Made by a program: the position numbers and the translations under genes. A DNA stretch of 64,000 bases, from IMG/VR virus record IMGVR_UViG_3300019376_000001; one strand, given 5' to 3'. This DNA comes from a virus. Its lineage: Duplodnaviria > Heunggongvirae > Uroviricota > Caudoviricetes. Position 1 is the stretch's first letter; the number at the start of each line of letters is the position of its first letter. A model generated the notes under the pieces. The model saw only the letters and a program-made list of their open reading frames with translations, made no database searches and was not told the DNA's origin. This document shows positions 15,235 to 24,666 of this stretch, in pieces.

Positions 15235-16836
15235 TTAGTTCTTATGATGCTTTAGGAACCATTCCATATCAGCCTCATCACAGAGGTCGAACAATTCTCG
15301 ACCTCTCTCGGTCAGCTCCCCAAGTCGTACATAGTACAGCTCACGCCAGAAGCTACCATAACGATGGAACTCACGATTTTTAGGGTCAATGGTGAAGAAC
15401 TTGCTGAACTGTTCATCACTCACATTAAAGTCGTCATAGATATCATCCAGACAAACTCGAACGGAGTAAGGACACTCACGGTCATTCAGCTTCTCTTCGG
15501 GGAAGTCGTCCGGAATTACATTCAGAGTCACGAAGTTGGAATCGTGATGTTCCCTGCCGGACACAGGGCACTCTGCGACGTGCTCGTCATAACAGTAGTC
15601 ACAGTAGCAGCTACCATCAACTTCGACTGCATCGTCAGGGTTGATGCGGTTGTCACAGCAGCAGCAGTAGACATAGTCAGAGCAGCTGTTGCAAGTCAGA
15701 GGCTCTTCACCATCGAAGTCCACATCGGAACGGCCGCAGTACATACATACTTCCGGACCGGAGTAGTTGAACTGGTACTTGTGCTCATATACACTCTCCG
15801 GATTAGCAGTCACACGAATCTGGTGAGAGCAAGAGCCGAAGTCATTGTACATAGTGTCGCACCAGAACTGGAACTTCCAATTCTCGCCATCCACCTGGAA
15901 CCAGTTTTCGTGTTCCATAGTGTAAACCTGCTCCTTGTATTCCCAACCGAGGTTCTTCTGAGCCAGAGCGCAGAGCCAGTTGATAACCTCGTTAGCCAGA
16001 CCGTCGTGGCAGTAAGGGTAACCCTTAACACCAACAACGCACTCGGGCTGAACGATGAAGAGCTGACGCCACTTCTTGTTGTTCCAGTACTTGTCGTAGA
16101 AACGCATATCTTCCTTAGCACGGAGATAAGCAACCACGACACACTCGGAGTTCATCATCTCAACAGTACCACGGCGATAGCAACCCGTATTACGCCAAGA
16201 CATACAAGAGTCCCAGTCGCAATCGTTGTCGCTCATGGTCATATAGTCCATAGGATGGATAGAGATGCAGAGTTCGCCTTTCAGCATCTTCTGGTTCAAT
16301 ACACGAGAGTGGCACAGACGGAACTCTTCAAAGCCGTCCACATTCCACGCCTGTGCAATCTTGCCGAGAATCTTAACTGGCTTGCAACCACGCTGAACCT
16401 GAATAGGCTTGCCATCATTAGGCACATTGACAGTGAAGCTGTCGCCCTCATAACTGTTGCGAGCGAGGTAGTAAGAGCTGAACAGGTCCATGATGCACCA
16501 ACGATTGACGCCCATTTCACGCCAGTTGCGGTCAACGCAGTTGCTCAGATTCATATAGAAAGGACGCATGGAAGGACCGTCCTCACGGAAGCTGAGCAGT
16601 TCGCCAATCTCACGCTCCATATCGCCGGCTTCCTTGACAACGGTGATGTCCTTGGAGAGAATGAGATTTTCGCCCATCAGCTTGAACAGACGAGCCTTAT
16701 TGGAGTTCCAATAACGAAGAATGTACTCAAGGGAGGCTTTGGAGCCGCCACAGTTTACTTCGTCGAGTGCGTAGTCAGAAATCCACGCTTCAATCAGTTC
16801 CTTATCGGCCGCAGCCAAAACTTCCTTAAATAACAT
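15235..16836 (-). CDS. Conserved phage protein with SxHPxD...WxSC motif and Zn ribbons (paralog of 9514-10926)
   Basis: SIHPMDYMTMSDNDCDWDSCMSW...GCYRRG; CxxC pairs; GC-rich, strongly biased codons; own promoter and GAGGT-GATACTATG leader. Confidence 0.85.
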   Translation of the reverse strand: MLFKEVLAAADKELIEAWISDYALDEVNCGGSKASLEYILRYWNSNKARLFKLMGENLILSKDITVVKEAGDMEREIGELLSFREDGPSMRPFYMNLSNCVDRNWREMGVNRWCIMDLFSSYYLARNSYEGDSFTVNVPNDGKPIQVQRGCKPVKILGKIAQAWNVDGFEEFRLCHSRVLNQKMLKGELCISIHPMDYMTMSDNDCDWDSCMSWRNTGCYRRGTVEMMNSECVVVAYLRAKEDMRFYDKYWNNKKWRQLFIVQPECVVGVKGYPYCHDGLANEVINWLCALAQKNLGWEYKEQVYTMEHENWFQVDGENWKFQFWCDTMYNDFGSCSHQIRVTANPESVYEHKYQFNYSGPEVCMYCGRSDVDFDGEEPLTCNSCSDYVYCCCCDNRINPDDAVEVDGSCYCDYCYDEHVAECPVSGREHHDSNFVTLNVIPDDFPEEKLNDRECPYSVRVCLDDIYDDFNVSDEQFSKFFTIDPKNREFHRYGSFWRELYYVRLGELTERGRELFDLCDEADMEWFLKHHKN

Positions 16837-17024
16837 AGTATCTACCTCGCTTTATTGTTCTTTCTTTATCTTACATATATATTATAACATATTTTTATAA
16901 AAAAATCAAATAAGCTCTTTGGTGCCCAGTAGGCTTACCTTTTAACGCCTTGAGTACCGCTCGCACTCATTTTGATTTCTTTATCACTTTCTATAAATAT
17001 TATAACATATTTTTTATAAAAAAT

Positions 17025-17058
17025 CAAAAAGGCTCTCTGAAGCGAGTCAGAGAGCCTT
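17025..17058 (-). terminator. Intrinsic terminator whose U-tract merges into the next -35 box
   Basis: AAGGCTCTCTGA/TCAGAGAGCCTT followed by TTTTGATT. Confidence 0.8.
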
Positions 17059-17068
17059 ATGGAATTTA

Positions 17069-18283
17069 TTAGTCGTGATGGCCGCAGTGGCACTCGTGCT
17101 TACCAGTCTGCATATTCATCATCATCATAGGCAGCATCCAGTCGTTAGACTTGCCATCCTTACCCATCATGAAGTAGAGCATCATAGGATTGTTCATATC
17201 GAAGTTACCGTTGCCCTGATTCATCAGGAAGAACATCATCATAGGGTCGATATCCTTACCCTCGCCCATCATAATGAAAGGCAGCATATTACCGAAAGGC
17301 TGGTCGGCAGTAGGAGCGCCAGTGAAGGCGTCGAACATAGACACAATCTTGGTAACGAAGTTGAAACCGAACATATTGGTAGTAGGAATGATAGTCTTAG
17401 CCTCGCCAGCGCGCACATCCACAGCAGAGATGGAACCACCCTCAGTGGAAGTTACGAACATAGGCACACGGTTGTGGATGACGATATCGCCAACCTTAAT
17501 GTCCTTGATAGCAACAGGCATCTTGAACATATACTGGCGACCATCGAAGTTGAACACATCAACATCGACAATCTGACCGTTGTTATAGGACACCCAGATA
17601 CCGGCGTTGTTCTGAACAGCCAGGCCGTAGATGCTCATTCGGATATTATCATTGCTGCAAGGACCGAAATCAAAATTGAAACCCTTCATATCAGTTTTCT
17701 CCTTTTCATTTTTCAGAATTTCGTCAATAGGTTTCTTTAGACTACAGCTCATATCGAGATTTGCATGGTCTAAATCAATCTTATAGTTTTTTACGGGATA
17801 GCAGTTGCTTGAAGTGCATTGCACAGAAACATCTTCGGGACGGACTTCTATCCAATCCCCATCAGGAGCCTTAATACGCATCCCAATCGCATCAGGCATA
17901 ATTCTGCTCATATTTTTGTTTACTTCGCTTGAAGCGATATTGCACTTGACCTTAACTAAGTCTTGACCAAATGCGTGTTCTTTGTCAAATTCGGCGCTCA
18001 TTCCATACTCTGAGTAGTCTTCGCAGAACTCGGACCAAAGGAATGTACCCAATGACTGGTCGCAAGGGTCAAGAGTCATACTCTTTCTGTCATTGGAATG
18101 AATTTCGATTTCATAATCGTCACCCTCAATCTCAATGCACTTGCCCTTAAACTTGCTGACGAATTCCTTCCAGCGGTCATATGGGAATTTCTTGTAGGTT
18201 TTATCCTTGACCAGGTCCGCAAAGTCTGTCAAAGCGAAATCCAGCTCTCGAGAATCAATAGCCGTATACAAGTCGCTTTGCAA
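17069..18283 (-). CDS. Hypothetical protein with Met-rich C-terminus; possible internal start at 17689
   Basis: 404-aa ORF ending in FGNMLPFIMM...DPMMMFFLM...LPMMMMNM; internal GGAG RBS before MKGFNFDF. Confidence 0.8.
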   Translation of the reverse strand: MQSDLYTAIDSRELDFALTDFADLVKDKTYKKFPYDRWKEFVSKFKGKCIEIEGDDYEIEIHSNDRKSMTLDPCDQSLGTFLWSEFCEDYSEYGMSAEFDKEHAFGQDLVKVKCNIASSEVNKNMSRIMPDAIGMRIKAPDGDWIEVRPEDVSVQCTSSNCYPVKNYKIDLDHANLDMSCSLKKPIDEILKNEKEKTDMKGFNFDFGPCSNDNIRMSIYGLAVQNNAGIWVSYNNGQIVDVDVFNFDGRQYMFKMPVAIKDIKVGDIVIHNRVPMFVTSTEGGSISAVDVRAGEAKTIIPTTNMFGFNFVTKIVSMFDAFTGAPTADQPFGNMLPFIMMGEGKDIDPMMMFFLMNQGNGNFDMNNPMMLYFMMGKDGKSNDWMLPMMMMNMQTGKHECHCGHHD

Positions 18284-18542
18284 CCTCGCTTTCTATATAT
18301 TGTACCTCTTGGTCGGTAAAAGTATCACTATCGATGCCGACCTCATCGTATATATCACACTGAGTGGCGAAGTCGTTACACATAGGCCCGGCCGCAACCA
18401 TCAGATTGATAACTTGATTGATTTTACCCTGTCGAGTAGGAAGCATTCCCTCACACTCCATCGCATAAAGGTTGAATGCTTCTCTTTCTATTGGGCTTTC
18501 TCTATACCAAGGCGGGTCAACGCCAAATTTTCCATCAAACAT
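18255..18542 (-). CDS. Hypothetical protein
   Basis: 95-aa ORF with GGAGG RBS in a tightly packed minus-strand run. Confidence 0.75.
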   Translation of the reverse strand: MFDGKFGVDPPWYRESPIEREAFNLYAMECEGMLPTRQGKINQVINLMVAAGPMCNDFATQCDIYDEVGIDSDTFTDQEVQYIESEVAKRLVYGY

Positions 18543-18553
18543 GACACGCCTCC

Positions 18554-18841
18554 TTACTTACTAAACTTAGAAACGCTACCGTCGACCAGATAAGCCAGCA
18601 CATCTACATCATGGTAGCCGCCGTCTTCATCTTCAACTTCAACATCGTAACTCACATAAGGGAACTCAGTTTTCAGAGCCTTGACTGCATCCAGCACACC
18701 AGACGCCAGCTCACGAAAACGGATATCCTTACGCTTTTTCAGTTCATGGCTGATATCCTCAGCCAGAATGGACAGTTCCTCAAGGGACATAGACTTAATA
18801 TCTACCATAAAAATACCAACCTCTTTCTTATAAATCTGCAA
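18554..18841 (-). CDS. Hypothetical protein
   Basis: 95-aa ORF in the run; the true start may be the downstream MVDIK. Confidence 0.7.
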   Translation of the reverse strand: MQIYKKEVGIFMVDIKSMSLEELSILAEDISHELKKRKDIRFRELASGVLDAVKALKTEFPYVSYDVEVEDEDGGYHDVDVLAYLVDGSVSKFSK

Positions 18842-19025
18842 GTACCTTGTTCAGTCTTGCGAGTTCATTTTCCATCAGCTCATTCAGAGCGTTTTTGAAT
18901 TCTGGATTAAAAAGTGCGAAGTCTTCAGCATCCTTAACCGCCTTATCAACTTCGTCCATAAACGCCTGGAAGCCATCAATCGCATCCAGTGCACGGGAAG
19001 CCTCTAACGCCTTAGTTCTTGTCAT
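18828..19025 (-). CDS. Small helical hypothetical protein
   Basis: MTRTKALEASRALD..., with an AAGGAGG RBS before the ATG at 19025. Confidence 0.7.
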   Translation of the reverse strand: MTRTKALEASRALDAIDGFQAFMDEVDKAVKDAEDFALFNPEFKNALNELMENELARLNKVLADL

Positions 19026-19035
19026 ATGAACCTCC

Positions 19036-19347
19036 TTACCACCAGTTACGATTTGCAGATTCCCAGAACAGATTGAAGACATCTTCAGGAACCATATCTT
19101 CGCTATATCTGCAAGTGCCAGCAAGAGCGTCGAACATAGCATTGATTTCTTCTTCCTCATACTTTTCGAGTTCAGTAGACCATTCGTCTACGATAGCGAA
19201 CATCTTAACTTCAACTTCAAACTGATGAGGACGGGACAGGAACTCAACCAGCTCCTTGAAAGTATTGTAGTGACCGTGACCACCTTCGCACACAAACATA
19301 GGAGAATGATTATCGTCGTCCAGACCAAGAATTCTATATTTAGACAT
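19036..19347 (-). CDS. Hypothetical protein
   Basis: 103-aa ORF with GAGGTCGATACTATG leader and promoter 19395-19423. Confidence 0.8.
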   Translation of the reverse strand: MSKYRILGLDDDNHSPMFVCEGGHGHYNTFKELVEFLSRPHQFEVEVKMFAIVDEWSTELEKYEEEEINAMFDALAGTCRYSEDMVPEDVFNLFWESANRNWW

Positions 19348-19420
19348 AGTATCGACCTCTTTCTTTTTTCTTTCTTTCTTTATCTTACATATATATTATA
19401 ACATATTTTTTATAAAAAAT

Positions 19421-19453
19421 CAAAGAAGCCTACTGGTGACCAGCAGGCTTCCT
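19421..19453 (-). terminator. Terminator fused to promoter -35
   Basis: GAAGCCTGCTGG/CCAGTAGGCTTC followed by TTTGATT. Confidence 0.75.
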
Positions 19454-19538
19454 TATATTATCTATCATAAAATATGCCTACAACGAGGCAAACAATGTAT
19501 ATGCCTATGATTAGGCAACTGAAAAACGCTCTCATATG

Positions 19539-19811
19539 TTACTCCTGGTTGCAAAACGGGCAATTCTTACCATACTCAAACAGTGCATATGTGCCCTCGC
19601 TCAGATAAACATTGCCAAACTCTTCGGTATGCAGCTCGATGCCTCGCTCATTATCGTGCCAGCTCTTGATAGTGGCACAATAGCCATCAACGCCGTCGCT
19701 CACATGGACGTGGGTGAAGTTGTAGTTACCGAAACCCCAGTTCTCATTACCGCAGGCCGTCAAACCCAGAACCATCACCAGCACCAAAACAATCGCAAAA
19801 ATTTTCTTCAT
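19539..19811 (-). CDS. Small lipoprotein
   Basis: Signal peptide MKKIFAIVLVLVMVLGLTAC with lipobox LTAC. Confidence 0.85.
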   Translation of the reverse strand: MKKIFAIVLVLVMVLGLTACGNENWGFGNYNFTHVHVSDGVDGYCATIKSWHDNERGIELHTEEFGNVYLSEGTYALFEYGKNCPFCNQE

Positions 19812-19829
19812 ATTCCCTATCTCCTTTTC

Positions 19830-20546
19830 TTAGTTGAGGACCATGCAACGAGTAAGCACGGTCTGCTTTTCGTTTTTATAGACCTTGTGGTCTTTAATCG
19901 TACCTCGCAGAGTATACTCGTTACCCTCTACGAGCTGCTTAGCAGAAGTGGTCCACATGATGACATTACCCTCGTAGTCATGCATCACATGCATCGTGGA
20001 ACGACCATAGTAGCCATTCATTTCGATTGCTTTCTCAACCGTAACAACCACTTCGATTCGGTCGCCGATATTGCCAATGAACTCGGAATCAGAAGGCTCA
20101 TACAGGAACTGAGCACACCATTCCTTAACCGCAGTTTCATTTTTCAGGCAAATCTGATCCTCGGCGCAGACATCAGACCAACGAATTTCGATAGGGTCAA
20201 TGCCAATAGGAATATCCTTAGGCAGCTCTTCAGTAGAAGGGCAATACCAACCGAAAATCTTATTGTATTTGCAAACAGAGGCACGGAACCATTCCAGAGC
20301 CGCATAAGTATCGCCCTTGAAGATATGAATGAAGCCATTGGCAAAGCCGAGAGCTTCCTTTTCAGTCTTAGGCTTAGCACGCTCAGTAGGAGCTTCACCA
20401 TACATCTTGGCATATTCAGCATCGCTATACCAACGAACCTGGCGGGTGCCGCCCTTGACAGTTTCCACTTTTACATACATTTTTCCGTTTACCGCATAAG
20501 GCTGACCCAGCTGTTTCAGACCCTGATAGCTCTTTGCTACTGCCAT
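19830..20546 (-). CDS. Hypothetical protein with C-terminal OB-fold-like region
   Basis: FIGNIGDRIEVVVTV...YTLRGTIKDHKVYKNEKQTVLTRC; own promoter and GATACTATG leader. Confidence 0.75.
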   Translation of the reverse strand: MAVAKSYQGLKQLGQPYAVNGKMYVKVETVKGGTRQVRWYSDAEYAKMYGEAPTERAKPKTEKEALGFANGFIHIFKGDTYAALEWFRASVCKYNKIFGWYCPSTEELPKDIPIGIDPIEIRWSDVCAEDQICLKNETAVKEWCAQFLYEPSDSEFIGNIGDRIEVVVTVEKAIEMNGYYGRSTMHVMHDYEGNVIMWTTSAKQLVEGNEYTLRGTIKDHKVYKNEKQTVLTRCMVLN

Positions 20547-20619
20547 AGTATCGACCTCTCTTTTCTTAATTTCTTTTCTTACTTTATATATATATTATAA
20601 CATATTTTTTTATAAAAAT

Positions 20620-20650
20620 CAAAGAAGCCCTTGTGTCTCCACAGGGCTTC
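20620..20650 (-). terminator. Terminator fused to promoter -35
   Basis: GAAGCCCTGTG/CACAAGGGCTTC followed by TTTGATT. Confidence 0.75.
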
Positions 20651-20655
20651 ATATA

Positions 20656-20922
20656 TTAGTAGCCGCATTCCTCTCGGAAGGTCTCGTACGAAATCTCCTC
20701 GAAGCCATAGCCGCACTCTTCAAGGTATTCCTCTTCATCCATGCCGCAAGAAGTATCCCACCATTCAGCTGCATTATCTTCTGTCAGCTCCTGAGCGAAC
20801 TTGTGCATATTAGCTTCACTTGTGCCGCTGTAATATGCGATTTTATCCTCACCGCAGAACGGCGTATAGGCAGTTATCCTCCAGTATCGCTTAACCGAGG
20901 ATGCCGCAGTCGTGTCGGTCAT
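20656..20922 (-). CDS. Hypothetical acidic protein
   Basis: MTDTTAASSV..., with an AAGGAGG RBS. Confidence 0.7.
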   Translation of the reverse strand: MTDTTAASSVKRYWRITAYTPFCGEDKIAYYSGTSEANMHKFAQELTEDNAAEWWDTSCGMDEEEYLEECGYGFEEISYETFREECGY

Positions 20923-21124
20923 ATCCGAATACCTCCTTGAATGCTTCATCTACGCTGGCCCACATCTTATCATAATCCTCATCTTCATCACCGTGTTCAG
21001 GATACAGCTCGAAGAACAGAGTATCAGAAAAGTAATCCTTATCAATCGCAGTATTCACCGCGTCGGCGAAAGCCAATTTCCATTTTTCAATCGGAATTCC
21101 TCCGACAACTTTACCATGCGACAT
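20891..21124 (-). CDS. Hypothetical acidic protein
   Basis: MSHGKVVGG..., with an AAGGAGG RBS. Confidence 0.7.
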   Translation of the reverse strand: MSHGKVVGGIPIEKWKLAFADAVNTAIDKDYFSDTLFFELYPEHGDEDEDYDKMWASVDEAFKEVFGYDRHDCGILG

Positions 21125-21398
21125 TGACAATTACCTCCTTATATCTGGGGAAAGTATCAGCCAGAAAGCTGATGATGCAGTTTTCCAGACGAATGTGCTC
21201 TTCGTTCTGCCAAGAAGCGCCGGTGTATTCAACGGGACCATCTTCCCAACTGTAACGCTTATACACATCGTTCATATACTGGTCGCCAAACATAATCTGG
21301 CGCAAATCGCAGACACGGAAATCATTTCCATAATGAGAAACCATCGCGTCCTGCAGGTCATAAATATCAATTATCGGCAGAATCTCGTACTTCATCAT
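21111..21398 (-). CDS. Hypothetical protein
   Basis: 95-aa ORF packed in the minus-strand run. Confidence 0.7.
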   Translation of the reverse strand: MMKYEILPIIDIYDLQDAMVSHYGNDFRVCDLRQIMFGDQYMNDVYKRYSWEDGPVEYTGASWQNEEHIRLENCIISFLADTFPRYKEVIVNVAW

Positions 21399-21606
21399 TT
21401 TCCTTCTCCTTCAGTTCGTCGATAGCCTGTTGCAGGAAATAACCTGCGTATCTGCGACCCTCGGGGTCACTATTGCCGTCATATACCAGCTGAACCAACT
21501 CAATGTGTTCGCAGGTATCATATGCGGGGTGGTCGCGCATGAACTTGCAAGCCTTGCGGAAGGCAAGCTCAATTACCTTATTTCTGTCCAATTTTCTTAC
21601 CTCCAC
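21367..21606 (-). CDS. Hypothetical protein
   Basis: GTG start (VEVRKLDRNK) overlapping the end of the phosphoesterase gene. Confidence 0.6.
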   Translation of the reverse strand: MEVRKLDRNKVIELAFRKACKFMRDHPAYDTCEHIELVQLVYDGNSDPEGRRYAGYFLQQAIDELKEKENDEVRDSADN

Positions 21607-22156
21607 GCTTTTTCTTTCTCTTGGTTGCTTGGTCGATAGTCTGGCGGTGGATAGACTCAGTCTTGCTGAGAATACCAGTCTTTGCAAGCAGGTTGTTCAT
21701 ATGAACAGGCTTGTAACCGATAACATCGGCACAGACATTGAGATGACCCTCTCTCTTGGTACCCTTGTGGTCGTGACCGTGAATGTTGAACGCCCAAGGA
21801 ATTTCCACAGGCTCGTGAGAGAGCAACAGCTTCTCACCAATCATCAGAGGACCAGAGTAAACCTCATCGAATACTTCGTTGTAAACAGTATGACCTACAT
21901 CGTGGTTGCCGCAAATGAGAACCTTGTAGCCACGAATCTGACGAGCATATTCAATGTCGCCAATGTCACCGAGGAAGATGATGGTATCCTTACGACCAAC
22001 GCAAGCGTTAATCATCTTTACCATTTCCTCGTCAGAAGGACGGTTAGGCATGCCTGCGCGCAGGTCTTCATCACCGAAGTGAGGGTCAGAATACAGCCAC
22101 ACGGTCTGCTTACACCATCTCTCGTTAAAAATTTCATAAACACCACTCAGAGCCAT
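21578..22156 (-). CDS. Calcineurin-like metallophosphoesterase
   Basis: SDPHFG, LGDIG, GNHD, SHEP and IHGHDH motifs. Confidence 0.92.
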   Translation of the reverse strand: MALSGVYEIFNERWCKQTVWLYSDPHFGDEDLRAGMPNRPSDEEMVKMINACVGRKDTIIFLGDIGDIEYARQIRGYKVLICGNHDVGHTVYNEVFDEVYSGPLMIGEKLLLSHEPVEIPWAFNIHGHDHKGTKREGHLNVCADVIGYKPVHMNNLLAKTGILSKTESIHRQTIDQATKRKKKRGGKKIGQK

Positions 22157-22173
22157 ATTCAGACCCTCCTTTC

Positions 22174-22434
22174 TTAAATCTTAATTCCGTCTCCCTCGTC
22201 CTCTCGCAGTTCATCGAGAACAGACTTAGAAATCTGAATGATACAGCCACTGCAATCCCACTCACTCAGACGAACATCAATTACTGCGTCCTTACCGTAG
22301 TAGTCAATGACCTTGGTGATGGCATCGGGATAGCTGTCGGCGCAGATAACGCCGCAATAAATCATTTTATCGAGCTGGTTCTCAACAACCATAGACTCTT
22401 CGTAAACACGAACTTCATACTCGAAATAACCCAT
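22174..22434 (-). CDS. Hypothetical protein
   Basis: 86-aa ORF with GGAGG RBS. Confidence 0.72.
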   Translation of the reverse strand: MGYFEYEVRVYEESMVVENQLDKMIYCGVICADSYPDAITKVIDYYGKDAVIDVRLSEWDCSGCIIQISKSVLDELREDEGDGIKI

Positions 22435-22730
22435 TATTCAACCTCCTTAGGCTCATAACCCCAGTTCTCACACCATTCAACATACTCTTCATAGGTTGCA
22501 TCGTACCAGTCGAAATCAACATAGTTCTCCAGATAGTCTTCATAGTCCTCATCAGAGTACTCTTCACCCCAACCGAAGTGAACATATGCATAGGATTCTG
22601 CGTTATCGCGAGCCCAGTCGCAAACAGTTTCGTTGATAATCGCTTCGGCGGTTCCATCTTCGAAGAAGAAAACCTCCTCAGAGTCACAGCCGCAGTAACC
22701 ATTTCCACAATGAGCTAAAATAATCATCAT
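22434..22730 (-). CDS. Hypothetical acidic protein
   Basis: 98-aa ORF downstream of promoter 22774-22802. Confidence 0.75.
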   Translation of the reverse strand: MMIILAHCGNGYCGCDSEEVFFFEDGTAEAIINETVCDWARDNAESYAYVHFGWGEEYSDEDYEDYLENYVDFDWYDATYEEYVEWCENWGYEPKEVE

Positions 22731-22799
22731 ATTATCAACCTCGCTTTTATCTCTTTCTTTATCTTACATATATATTATAACATATTTTTATAAAAAAAT

Positions 22800-22834
22800 C
22801 AAAGAAGCTCTCTTGAATTCACCAAGAGAGCTTC
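22800..22834 (-). terminator. Terminator fused to promoter -35
   Basis: GAAGCTCTCTTG/CAAGAGAGCTTC followed by TTTGATT. Confidence 0.8.
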
Positions 22835-22842
22835 CTATATCA

Positions 22843-23637
22843 TCACTTAGACTCTGAAGCCACGAGCTCGCTCGCCTTCTTCGTCATAAGGTAAACCATC
22901 ATATCAGTGCCTACGCCACTGCTTCGCAGACCAAGAGCATAATCGGCAACAACTTTTCCCTTGTGTTTATATTTGAAGTCATCCCAGATTACTCTTGCAA
23001 GTACTTCAGAGATTCCGGCTTGTTCCATCAGCACTTTGTAGCGCTGGAAGTACCACTCATTCATTTCTTTTTTGTCGGCCATCCACTTGATGAAATCCAA
23101 ATACTCTTCATCAGTAGTGACATAGTCCACATCGTAGAAATACTCACGAGCCTCTGCGACAGGAACTTCCTCGATGAACTTTACCGCTTTTGCAGCCATC
23201 TTCATATAGGTCGGGCCCATATGGTACAGACTGTAGCCCCATTCCGGTCCATAGGGGTGTTCGCGCACCCACTCTTCAGCTTTTATCCATTCGCTTTTAC
23301 GAATCAAAACTTCAACTCGGAAAAGGCGTCCATAATGATAAAACTGTCGCACGTACTGGGGTTTAGGGCAGAAATGAAATCCTTTAGAGCAGACATCTGG
23401 TTCTTCACCATCGGCAAGCTCGTAGGTCTGTCCAATCTCGAACTGAAATTCTCCGTATCCACGCATATAATAGTCGGTGGCTTTCCATCCGGGAACCCAA
23501 ATCCATTCGTCCCCTTCATCCTCGATAAGTTTATCAACTTGTTTCTCATAAATCTCCTGTTGGTTCATAGTGCATGCAGCGAGCGCACGTTCTGTGTCGA
23601 TCGCGCCTTGTGCCGCCTTTTTTATAAATCCGAACAT
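22843..23637 (-). CDS. Hypothetical phage protein with WKAT...FQFEIGQTYE...CSKGFHFC domain
   Basis: 264-aa ORF with AGGAGGAG RBS; the motif is common in phage accessory proteins (from memory, unverified). Confidence 0.75.
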   Translation of the reverse strand: MFGFIKKAAQGAIDTERALAACTMNQQEIYEKQVDKLIEDEGDEWIWVPGWKATDYYMRGYGEFQFEIGQTYELADGEEPDVCSKGFHFCPKPQYVRQFYHYGRLFRVEVLIRKSEWIKAEEWVREHPYGPEWGYSLYHMGPTYMKMAAKAVKFIEEVPVAEAREYFYDVDYVTTDEEYLDFIKWMADKKEMNEWYFQRYKVLMEQAGISEVLARVIWDDFKYKHKGKVVADYALGLRSSGVGTDMMVYLMTKKASELVASESK

Positions 23638-23721
23638 CGTGCGCTCCTCCTTGACTTTTTGTCGAAATTTTGGTATAATATATGTAGGAAACTTCAGAAA
23701 GGACTGAAAATCGTGACAATT

Positions 23722-24201
23722 TTACTTTGGTTTCTTTTGGTTATACTTGGCGCAAGTACCGAAATCGCGTCTCGCGCAACCTTCGCCATCCCAGCATTTG
23801 CACTCTGCCTTGCAGATTGCATCAATGCGCTCCGGGTTAACAATCTGCGTGCGGGCTCTCATGTTACCCTGCTGGATAGTCTTGATGACCGTAATCGGAA
23901 TCTGTGGTTTATAAGACTCATCTGTCAGTTTACACTTGGTGAAACCGGTGCACATCACGCAGGTTCCAAACTTTTCGTTACAGGAAGGACACAGTTCAAT
24001 GAACGAACCGTCTTCCGTTTGCTCCAAAATTGCGGGTCCAAGATACATTTGGCCGCAGTACGCGCAAGTCCCAAGCTGGTCCTCAGTTGTGTGTCTTGAG
24101 CAAAAGTCTTTATCAAGGTCGATTCTCATTCGGAGAAGCTGACATACAAGATTCTCAGGGTCGGCCAGGGCGCAAGTTCTACAAAATTTTTGAGTATTCA
24201 T
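23722..24201 (-). CDS. Cys-rich hypothetical protein
   Basis: Multiple CxxC pairs over 159 aa; AGGAG RBS. Confidence 0.75.
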   Translation of the reverse strand: MNTQKFCRTCALADPENLVCQLLRMRIDLDKDFCSRHTTEDQLGTCAYCGQMYLGPAILEQTEDGSFIELCPSCNEKFGTCVMCTGFTKCKLTDESYKPQIPITVIKTIQQGNMRARTQIVNPERIDAICKAECKCWDGEGCARRDFGTCAKYNQKKPK

Positions 24202-24293
24202 AGACTTGTACTCTCCTTTTATTTCTGTTAAAATTTTTCGGCATTTTTAAAGTTTGTCAATTTTTCGTGACGGAACGAAAATTGACGGCACCG

Positions 24294-24593
24294 TTAGGAA
24301 ACTCTGCAATATACATATAGTGACGGATTAGGATATTTTGCTATGATGTCGGGTATTGCAGCGAGGATTTTTGCAAAGTCTTCGAAAGGCAATGCGATTT
24401 CATCGGTATTCATCTCGTCAGACTCGCCGCAATCACAACCATACTGCTTTACACCGACAAAGTAATCTCCGCCGTAACCATAACAGTCGGTCTGAATGCC
24501 GTATTCATCTTTGATTTCGTCGGGGAGTTCATCATATCGTCCCTGCTTCAGTTTCCAACCGTAAACAACACCTGCTGAATAATCTACTGACAT
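24294..24593 (-). CDS. Hypothetical protein
   Basis: MSVDYSAGVVYGWKL..., the first gene after promoter 24625-24653. Confidence 0.75.
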   Translation of the reverse strand: MSVDYSAGVVYGWKLKQGRYDELPDEIKDEYGIQTDCYGYGGDYFVGVKQYGCDCGESDEMNTDEIALPFEDFAKILAAIPDIIAKYPNPSLYVYCRVS

Positions 24594-24666
24594 ATTATCT
24601 ACCATCCTTTTACTTTATATATATATTATAACATATTATTTTGTAAAAATCAACTGCGGAGATTTT

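Noticed and set aside
15364-16833. 489-aa plus-strand ORF; similarly 19536-20600, 22963-24099 and 53079-54083
   Set aside because: Antisense shadows of strongly codon-biased real genes, with no RBS and no protein-like motifs.
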